A program made the position numbers and the translations under genes. Positions 57,511 through 64,000 of a stretch of 64,000 nt of DNA are shown one piece after another. The stretch comes from Promethearchaeota archaeon. GTDB lineage: Archaea; Asgardarchaeota; Thorarchaeia; Thorarchaeales; Thorarchaeaceae. The DNA is taken from contig WJMJ01000002.1 in assembly GCA_014728035.1 (NCBI GenBank), positions 860 to 64,859 of the forward strand, in the 5' to 3' direction. The stretch's first letter is position 1. Every line of letters starts with the position of its first letter. The notes beneath the pieces are model-generated. The model did not search any database and was not told where the DNA came from. It worked only from the letters and a program-made list of their open reading frames with translations.

Positions 57511-60500
57511 TTGAAGACAACAAGATCGACAAAATTTGGTGTAGCTCTGGCTATTGCGCTAATAATAACAGTCGGAGGTTTATTCTTCTATAACCAAAGC
57601 CGAATCCAATCATTTGGAAATGAAGACATTTCAACTATTTGGAGCACGAATATTGACGGTGGATTGATATCAGGCCCCGCAATTGGAGATCTTGATGGAG
57701 ACGCTAAACTAGAGGTGGTAATTGGAGGAGTAAGTGGAATAGTTTATGCATATGATGCTGAAAATGGAAATCTAATTTGGCAAAAAGACATTGATCAAGA
57801 AATAGACAAAGTTCCAACACTAGTGGATGTTAACAACGATAATTGTATAGATGTGATAATATCAGCTTCTGATAACTCACTAACTGCACTTGACGGTACA
57901 GATGGCAGTATTATTTGGTCTCTACGAAAACAGAATATTGACGTTACTGGACACCTGAGTGATAATCACGAACAAGACTACTATACGCTGGAGGTTACAG
58001 AGAGTGAAGCAGTATTTCTAGTAACTCTAGAGTGTTATGGAAATGATTTCGATGTTTATGGAAAATTAGATTTTCAACCTACGGATTCAGATTATGCCTG
58101 GCGAGGTTTTGAATCAGGTGATGAAGATCTCACAGTCGAAGACGTAGCAGAGGGAACATGGCATATCATGGTGAAGCAATATAGTGGGTCTGGAAATTAT
58201 CATCTTAAGATAGATGTTGTCTATCTAGGTCAAAGTGAAGACTATACATACCAGTTTTCTGGAAGCCTATCTGAAACTGATGATACTGAAATGTTTGAGC
58301 TAGAAGTTTCTCCAGACACAACTGCAATGCGGTGTGTTTTAAGCTGTGGAGATAGCGATTTTGACTTATATGGAAGATTGAATGCATATCCGACAACTGA
58401 CATTTATGATTGGAGGGGTTTTGCCTCGGGTTCAGAGGACATCACTATTGAATATCCAAATGCAGGTACATGGTATATTATGGTCCATTCCTATTCTGGT
58501 TCTGGTGGATTCAGACTATCGATCACAACCACACAAACAATTGATGAAGGTGAAGTCACATCTTCAATTTTGACAGATGATATTTCCGTAGTCGATCTGA
58601 ATTCTGATTCTATCCCTGAAATAATCTCAGGAACAGAAAGCAACAGGATAGAAATTCTATCTGGTTTGAATGGTTCACTCCTTCAAGCATATTCTCTTGG
58701 AGTCAGTCCTCGGAGTAGCACTTCTGTTGGAGATTTGAATAATGATGGAATATTAGACCTTGTTAATCAAATTGAAAACTATCAGGTTTCCGCGCTCAGT
58801 GGGGATGATGGAGATATTTTATGGACTTATGATGTAATATTTCCAATGGTAGGAGTTCCAATAATTGCAGATATCAATGGTGATGGATTGCTTGAAGTAC
58901 TGATTTCTTTAGAATCTGGAGAGTGTCAAGCAATAACTGGAAATGCAGGTGAACTTCTTTGGGAAACATCCGTCTATCACAACACAGATTCAAGTGTATC
59001 AGTTGGAGATATTGATAGAGATGGAAGGCTTGAGATTATTAGTGGACAGATTGATGGTAAAGTAATAGCTTATGAAGGTGAAACGGGCTCGGTTCTCTGG
59101 GAGTATCAATCTGATGGGAGTATTCTATTTGATGTTACAGTAGCAGATATTGATGGAGATAATGACTTAGATATTATTGGTTCAAATGATGCCAATCAGA
59201 TATTTGCGCTGAACGGGAAAACAGGTTTAGAAATTTGGTCGATACAGACTCCATCATTGGTAACAGGAGCGATTGCAGTTGGAGACCTCGATGATGATTT
59301 TCTTCTAGAATTGACGTTTGCTTGTGAGAGTGGACAACTATTTTCTGTGGACCTAAATAATTCAGGACAACGAATCTACTGGCAAGGTCAGAGTGGATTC
59401 CCACTCTTTTCAAAATCCTATTCTCAAGATGTATTGGACCCCGACCTGGACACGCTATCCAGTTACTCTGAAGAGTTAATATTATCAAACCCAGAGAACT
59501 ACGATTCTGATGGTGACACAATAAGAGATGGATGGGAGGTTTCTAATGGACTGTCACCAACCCTAACCGATTCGGATTTTGATGATTTGCAGGATATTGA
59601 TGAGCTTCAAACCTATGGAACGGATCCTACTAATTTTGATTCTGATAATGATCGACTAAGTGATTATGCAGAGATAATAGTACATGGAACGAATCCGTTG
59701 AATAGCGATTCAGACCAAGACTTGCTAATTGATTCGGATGAGATTTTGATATTCGGAAGTAATCCCTTTGAAAAAGACAGTGATAATGACACAATCTTTG
59801 ATGGTACTGAAGTCCATGAATATGGTAGCCATCCTATGTTACTCGATTCTGATTTCGATGGTATTTCAGATAAGGAGGAAATAGAAGTATACCATACTTG
59901 GGCAAACAATTCAGATTCAGATGGTGATTCTATTAGTGACTTTGATGAAATAACAATTCATGGAAGCGACCCAAACAGTGCAGATACGGATCAGGATGGT
60001 GCTAATGATTATCAGGAACTATTCGAATTAGGTACAGACCCCCTGAATTTTGATTCTGATGGTGACGCTGCTCCAGATGGGTGGGAGGTAGCATACGGAT
60101 TCGACCCATTAGATTACAATGTCCCAATCCAAGAGATGCTCCTATTTAATATGCCCTTATTTTCAATCGGGATAGGTGTGCTCTTTGCTATGGGAGTGGT
60201 AATTCGAGTGAAAAGAAAAGATGAACAGATTCCATCTCATCAAGATGTGATTCCACAAGACAAAACACATTCCACACTTGCTGATCGGAGAATTCATACT
60301 TATCATGCAGAAGATGGACTTGAAAAACCATGGCTAATCGATGGAAAAGATTCACTTCTTAGAGAAGGTGATGTACATGACTTCATGCAATGGTTAGTTC
60401 ATGAGGAAAGACGAATTGATGAATTGGAGAGTATGCAGGAGTACAAAAAAGCACTAAGACTTGCTAGATTGTTACTCAAATATGTACATCAGGAAGAAGC

Positions 60501-60588
60501 TTTGATTATGACTGGTGGCCCTAGAACATATTCTGATGCAGTTCGCCGATTAGAAGGAAAAATAAATCATCTCTTGGTTAGGATGTAA
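57511..60588 (+). CDS. Integrin-alpha-like FG-GAP/VCBS beta-propeller surface protein with two inserted PPC domains, TSP3-like Ca-binding repeats, a TM helix and a ~125-aa cytoplasmic tail
   Basis: 1025 aa with a TTG start and an N-terminal anchor. Eight DxDxDG-type loops (DLDGDAKLEVV, DVNNDNCIDVI, DLNSDSIPEII, DLNNDGILDLV, DINGDGLLEVL, DIDRDGRLEII, DIDGDNDLDII, DLDDDFLLEL). Two PPC-like domains at aa ~146-340. About 9 D-rich 23-24-aa repeats at aa ~643-868. TM at aa 876-899. Confidence 0.8.
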   Translation: MKTTRSTKFGVALAIALIITVGGLFFYNQSRIQSFGNEDISTIWSTNIDGGLISGPAIGDLDGDAKLEVVIGGVSGIVYAYDAENGNLIWQKDIDQEIDKVPTLVDVNNDNCIDVIISASDNSLTALDGTDGSIIWSLRKQNIDVTGHLSDNHEQDYYTLEVTESEAVFLVTLECYGNDFDVYGKLDFQPTDSDYAWRGFESGDEDLTVEDVAEGTWHIMVKQYSGSGNYHLKIDVVYLGQSEDYTYQFSGSLSETDDTEMFELEVSPDTTAMRCVLSCGDSDFDLYGRLNAYPTTDIYDWRGFASGSEDITIEYPNAGTWYIMVHSYSGSGGFRLSITTTQTIDEGEVTSSILTDDISVVDLNSDSIPEIISGTESNRIEILSGLNGSLLQAYSLGVSPRSSTSVGDLNNDGILDLVNQIENYQVSALSGDDGDILWTYDVIFPMVGVPIIADINGDGLLEVLISLESGECQAITGNAGELLWETSVYHNTDSSVSVGDIDRDGRLEIISGQIDGKVIAYEGETGSVLWEYQSDGSILFDVTVADIDGDNDLDIIGSNDANQIFALNGKTGLEIWSIQTPSLVTGAIAVGDLDDDFLLELTFACESGQLFSVDLNNSGQRIYWQGQSGFPLFSKSYSQDVLDPDLDTLSSYSEELILSNPENYDSDGDTIRDGWEVSNGLSPTLTDSDFDDLQDIDELQTYGTDPTNFDSDNDRLSDYAEIIVHGTNPLNSDSDQDLLIDSDEILIFGSNPFEKDSDNDTIFDGTEVHEYGSHPMLLDSDFDGISDKEEIEVYHTWANNSDSDGDSISDFDEITIHGSDPNSADTDQDGANDYQELFELGTDPLNFDSDGDAAPDGWEVAYGFDPLDYNVPIQEMLLFNMPLFSIGIGVLFAMGVVIRVKRKDEQIPSHQDVIPQDKTHSTLADRRIHTYHAEDGLEKPWLIDGKDSLLREGDVHDFMQWLVHEERRIDELESMQEYKKALRLARLLLKYVHQEEALIMTGGPRTYSDAVRRLEGKINHLLVRM
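57946..58530 (+). repeat. Tandem duplication encoding two pre-peptidase-C-terminal (PPC)-like domains
   Basis: DYYTLEVTESEAVFLVTLECYGNDFDVYGKLDF...GTWHIMVKQYSGSGNYHLKI aligns with EMFELEVSPDTTAMRCVLSCGDSDFDLYGRLNA...GTWYIMVHSYSGSGGFRLSI. Confidence 0.75.
59437..60114 (+). repeat. In-frame array of about 9 thrombospondin-type-3-like Asp-rich repeats
   Basis: Recurring (T/S)(D/N)P.N.DSD.D...D..E units (YGTDPTNFDSDNDRLSDYAE, HGTNPLNSDSDQDLLIDSDE, FGSNPFEKDSDNDTIFDGTE, LGTDPLNFDSDGDAAPDGWE ...). Confidence 0.75.
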
Positions 60589-60646
60589 AGTCAGATACAA
60601 CAAACCTTATCGGATAATTCTCAGGCAAAGCCCCTTGGTGTTGAGA

Positions 60647-61726
60647 ATGAATTATCATCTTGTACTAACAAGAAGATGCAATCTCAATTGCGAGTACTGC
60701 CACGGTGGAGAAGAAAACGAAAATACTGAAATCAAATATAGTCTTTCTGAGCTTGAAACCTTTCTATCAAATGATACCGATGTTCAATTGATGTTGTATG
60801 GCGGAGAACCAACACTTAGAATTCCACTTATTTTGAAGTTAATGAATAAATTTCCAGATGCAAGATTCATGCTTCAAACGAATGCTCTACTATTGCATAA
60901 AATACCAAAAGAATATGCCACTCGTTTTCATTCTGTTTTAGTATCAATAGATGGTAGAAAACACATTACTGATGCATATCGATCAGACGGGGTATATGAT
61001 AGAGTCATCCAAAATGCAAAATGGTTACGGGATATTGGATTTCAGGGGGATGTGGTTGCAAGAATGGCGGTTTCACAACAATCTGATATCTTCAAGGAAG
61101 TGGTCCACCTACTGGAAATAGATGGGTCAGTATTTGATCATGTTCATTGGCAATTGAATGTAGTCTGGGATGCAGAAGGAAATTGGACTGATTTTGATAA
61201 ATGGATAGAAACCTCATATAATCCAGGTATAACTCGACTAGTTGATTACTGGGTTCGAAAAATGAAAAAAGGGGTGATTATGGGTATCGTGCCATTCATT
61301 CCATTAACATATTCTCTTTTGACTGGAAAAGAGTCACTCCTGCGCTGTGGTTCAGGAATAGACACATTTGCAATACATGTTGACGGGTCTATTGGTATTT
61401 GTCCAATTTCACCAGACTGGGAGTTTTCCATAGTAGGCGATATTAGAAAATCTACACCACAAGATTTGAAGAACTGCATGCTAGTTGATGAACCCTGTCC
61501 ATCTTGTGAAGAATTCGATATATGTGGAGGTAGATGTCTCTTTGCGAATAAGCAACGTCTTTGGGGAGAAGAAGGATTTGAAAAAATCTGTACGACTGTT
61601 AAACACCTCATACAATCAATCAGACTGAGAGTTCCAGAGATAAAAGAGTTGATTAAAAATGGAATAATATCTTTGGATGAACTAACCTATCCTAAATATA
61701 ATAATGGATGTGAGATAATTCCCTAA
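60647..61726 (+). CDS. Radical SAM enzyme with a C-terminal SPASM domain
   Basis: CNLNCEYC (CxxxCxxC) at the N-terminus. C-terminal CGSG...ICP and CPSCEEFDICGGRC (Cx2Cx5Cx3C). ATG 60647 lies within ORF 60635..61726. Confidence 0.85.
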   Translation: MNYHLVLTRRCNLNCEYCHGGEENENTEIKYSLSELETFLSNDTDVQLMLYGGEPTLRIPLILKLMNKFPDARFMLQTNALLLHKIPKEYATRFHSVLVSIDGRKHITDAYRSDGVYDRVIQNAKWLRDIGFQGDVVARMAVSQQSDIFKEVVHLLEIDGSVFDHVHWQLNVVWDAEGNWTDFDKWIETSYNPGITRLVDYWVRKMKKGVIMGIVPFIPLTYSLLTGKESLLRCGSGIDTFAIHVDGSIGICPISPDWEFSIVGDIRKSTPQDLKNCMLVDEPCPSCEEFDICGGRCLFANKQRLWGEEGFEKICTTVKHLIQSIRLRVPEIKELIKNGIISLDELTYPKYNNGCEIIP

Positions 61727-62226
61727 AGTGGCTCGTCTTCCTCTTCGGGTTCTTCACAGAGACTCTTCTGCATAACGATGATTACTTCTCCAGCACGATC
61801 AATGCGGTCTACTTCTTTATATCCTGCACGTTCGTAATATTCCTTTTGACCTTCAACAGCATCATAGACTTCAAGTTGAACACAAGTTGCATTCATATAA
61901 TCAAGCATGTTTTCAGCATATTCAACAAGAGCTGAACCAATTCGCCTCTTTCTATAAGCTTTCTTCACTGCTACTCTGCTTATGACACCGGTTGTTCCCC
62001 GAAGGCGTACACGCATAGTACCAACTACCATTTCTCCAACCAGAGCTATATATTGATGGCCCATTTGAATATGCCTTGAAATTTTATCAAGTCCCTCATT
62101 AAGCGCTCCTGGGTCACGCGAGAGTTGTTTTTTCAATACTTCATATGCTTCTTCTATTATTTCTCTCACAAGGTCTACTTCTCCCAAGTTAGCTTTGCGT
62201 ACTGTGACCTCAGCGTAATTATACAA
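61723..62226 (-). CDS. GNAT-family N-acetyltransferase
   Basis: Acetyl-CoA-binding motif RVAVKKAYRKRRIGSALV (Q/RxxGxG/A-like) and the GNAT beta-alpha pattern. Confidence 0.8.
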   Translation of the reverse strand: MYNYAEVTVRKANLGEVDLVREIIEEAYEVLKKQLSRDPGALNEGLDKISRHIQMGHQYIALVGEMVVGTMRVRLRGTTGVISRVAVKKAYRKRRIGSALVEYAENMLDYMNATCVQLEVYDAVEGQKEYYERAGYKEVDRIDRAGEVIIVMQKSLCEEPEEEDEPL

Positions 62227-62345
62227 CTCAATTCACCTTCAATAAATCTCTAATGATTTTATATCAACAGAGCAACATAAATCATTTGGGCTTAGAACCA
62301 AGTAAAGTTATAGTCACTAAAGATATTAGTTTTTCATAGTGAGGA

Positions 62346-62843
62346 GTGTACCCGTACTTGAAACGATTAGAAATTAGACCTTTACAAGAAGACGACAAAC
62401 CTTGGATTAGAGCAAAGATTTCAGAAAACTGGGGAAGTACAAGTATCGTAACATGCGGCAAGATTTATGATACTACAACCTTGCCGGGGTATGTGGCTTT
62501 TGATGAAAAAAAACCAGTGGGACTGCTTTGTTACAAAATGCACGATGACGCGATGGAAATCGTTGTGTTAGATTGCACTATTGCTGGAAGAGGATGCGGT
62601 ACGGAATTGATGTACCACGCTGAAAAGACTGCAAAGAACAATGGTTATAGAAAGATGAAAGTCACAACTACTAATGATAACACAAATGCTCTAAGATTCT
62701 ATCAAAAACTAGAATACACAATTTCTGCAATTCGGATTGGAGCAATTACCGAATATAGAAAAACACTCAAACCGGAAATTGCTATCAAAGGATTTCATGG
62801 CATTCCTATCCGTGATGAAATAGAACTGGAAAAGATTTTGTAA
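62346..62843 (+). CDS. GNAT-family N-acetyltransferase
   Basis: VVLDCTIAGRGCGTELMYHAEKTAK motif and NTNALRFYQKLEY. The start is GTG 62346 or TTG 62358 (GAGGAG at 62341-62346). Confidence 0.8.
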   Translation: MYPYLKRLEIRPLQEDDKPWIRAKISENWGSTSIVTCGKIYDTTTLPGYVAFDEKKPVGLLCYKMHDDAMEIVVLDCTIAGRGCGTELMYHAEKTAKNNGYRKMKVTTTNDNTNALRFYQKLEYTISAIRIGAITEYRKTLKPEIAIKGFHGIPIRDEIELEKIL

Positions 62844-62910
62844 CTGAATCAATCTAATACTTAAGTTTAATACTCTCAGCGAATATGACAATTCTAAGGA
62901 TGGTCAGATT

Positions 62911-63060
62911 ATGACTGATAAAAAGACAGAGGAAGAAGTTACTGAATCACAAAAACTTACCCCAAAAGACAAACAAGAGCTTCAAGAGGGAGCATGTGTT
63001 AATTGTGTACTACTTTCTATTATATTCACATTTGCAATGACGGTTGCAATGATACTCTAA
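62911..63060 (+). CDS. Candidate 49-aa tail-anchored small membrane protein (below the ORF-track cutoff)
   Basis: My own translation: MTDKKTEEEVTESQKLTPKDKQELQEGACVNCVLLSIIFTFAMTVAMIL*. ATG 62911 lies 10 nt after AAGGA. Charged N-terminus and hydrophobic C-terminus. Confidence 0.4.
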   Translation: MTDKKTEEEVTESQKLTPKDKQELQEGACVNCVLLSIIFTFAMTVAMIL

Positions 63061-63074
63061 ATGGGGGTCTGGAG

Positions 63075-63437
63075 ATGACATTTCTCATTGATCCACCCCT
63101 ACTCTTTTCTTTTGGCTTCATTTCCTACTTTATAGGTGCAAAGCTATCAGATAAAACAAGTCTACCAGTCGGTAAAATCCTTGCAATATTCAGCCTTATT
63201 ACCATCATCTTTACCAGTACATCGTTGTATCTTAATATGGCGTACATGGATTGGTTCTGGATGCCATTCTCACCGGTTGTCACATCAGGCAAAGACTTGA
63301 TGATTAATTCAGGTATATTCGCATTCGAGTCAATTAATACTGCTGGACTAATAGATGCACTAGCAGCAATTCAGATTGCACTTTACCCATTATGGATTTA
63401 TTTCGGAATCAGATTCTACAATTGGCGGCAAAAATAA
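63075..63437 (+). CDS. Membrane protein (~4 TM)
   Basis: The likely start is ATG 63075 (MTFLIDPPLLFSFGFISYF), directly after GGAG. The longer ORF from 63003 would overlap the small ORF in another frame. Confidence 0.55.
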   Translation: MTFLIDPPLLFSFGFISYFIGAKLSDKTSLPVGKILAIFSLITIIFTSTSLYLNMAYMDWFWMPFSPVVTSGKDLMINSGIFAFESINTAGLIDALAAIQIALYPLWIYFGIRFYNWRQK

Positions 63438-63467
63438 AATAGAGAGAGCGCATATGCGCTCTATCAC

Positions 63468-63995
63468 TTATTCTTCGTCCTCATCATCACCATAACGGCG
63501 TGAAGAGCCAAGTCTTCGAGAGTCATCAATTCGTAGTCTATCAGGATCAGAACTTGTTAGGTCGCGTCCAGGTCTTCCTTTGGGAATTGCTCTACCTTCC
63601 TCTTCTTCTGCTTCTTCAGCAGCTCTAACAATATCGTCATCAGCCTCACCAGGGTCAATCTCATCACCCTCAAGTTTGGCTTTCTCGATTACCCGTTCCT
63701 TTCTCTGGAATAGCAGATAATACAAGCTAGTGAATATCGCTACTAATGGAAATGCTACTAGCTTGGAAACATCTCTGAAAAGATACGTAGCATAGGTGTC
63801 TGCAATTAAGTCAGTTTGGAACCAACTAGCGATTAGTGCACTACCTCCAGTAGATGCAGCAATAATGCTGTCTACAAAGACGTAACCACTTGCCAAGAAG
63901 AATGTCAACAATGGTCCGAAATCAACTAATCTCGAACGTTGCTCTTCTACCTCTTCGATGATAGTTCGTCCAATTCCACTCATAGCATAGACCAA
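63468..63995 (-). CDS. Membrane protein with a long charged, acidic C-terminal tail
   Basis: 175-aa ORF with 3 hydrophobic segments, then an E/D/R-rich tail ending DDEDEE. Confidence 0.55.
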   Translation of the reverse strand: MVYAMSGIGRTIIEEVEEQRSRLVDFGPLLTFFLASGYVFVDSIIAASTGGSALIASWFQTDLIADTYATYLFRDVSKLVAFPLVAIFTSLYYLLFQRKERVIEKAKLEGDEIDPGEADDDIVRAAEEAEEEEGRAIPKGRPGRDLTSSDPDRLRIDDSRRLGSSRRYGDDEDEE

Positions 63996-64000
63996 GAAGA

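Noticed and set aside
1-64000. Scan of intergenic gaps (1610-1796, 10175-10320, 13307-13433, 31697-31893, 33073-33207, 43942-44058, 44794-44950, 47314-47544, 49817-49982, 51372-51566, 57384-57510, 62227-62345) for tRNA, rRNA, C/D-box sRNA or CRISPR repeats.
   Set aside because: No cloverleaf-compatible acceptor/T-arm pairs, no RUGAUGA...CUGA box pairs at suitable spacing, and no repeated spacers were found. The gaps look like ordinary AT-rich promoter and terminator regions.

Overview
AT-rich, densely coding window with genes on both strands. It is almost certainly archaeal: it has two PurP paralogues, type-2 IPP isomerase, an ADP-forming acetyl-CoA synthetase alpha subunit, Shine-Dalgarno-like GGAGG/AGGAG sites and frequent TTG/GTG starts with stop/start overlaps. 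The eukaryote-like domain repertoire (tubulin-like GTPase, WD40-like propeller, LRR, FG-GAP/integrin-like, TSP3-like repeats) fits an Asgard-type or similar uncultured archaeon, but I cannot prove the lineage without a search. I found no rRNA, tRNA, CRISPR array, transposase or integrase. Layout: (1) 0.1-10.2 kb: a surface protein, then a TPR gene and a beta-propeller+coiled-coil gene divergent from a tightly coupled three-gene operon (895-aa helical protein, divergent tubulin/FtsZ-superfamily GTPase, 362-aa helical protein). This is my top candidate for an undescribed cytoskeletal or membrane-remodelling system. (2) 10.3-13.3 kb: ACD alpha subunit, a Cys-rich protein, IDI-2. (3) 14.0-28.1 kb: a purine supercluster (purN, purF, purP, purP2, purC-purS fusion, purQ, purL, purE-purM fusion, purD, guaA), interrupted by three opposite-strand genes that include an orphan MazF-like toxin. 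(4) 28.14-28.32 kb: a compact, G+C-enriched multi-helix RNA candidate in a 301-nt gap. (5) 28.4-33.1 kb: HDAC-like enzyme, amidohydrolase, glutaredoxin-like protein, 24-residue-period LRR protein. (6) 33.2-47.3 kb: a large two-component signalling island that includes four translationally coupled giant PAS/GAF kinases. (7) 48.2-49.4 kb: an orphan TGT/DpdA-like enzyme with a Lys-rich tail. (8) 50.4-64 kb: MBL hydrolase, DUF255 thioredoxin-domain protein, a surface-protein cluster (anchored SBP5, C39-like peptidase, integrin-alpha-like FG-GAP propeller with inserted PPC domains and TSP3-like repeats), radical SAM/SPASM enzyme, two GNATs and small membrane proteins. All functional calls rest on motif recognition in the supplied translations. 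No database search was possible.
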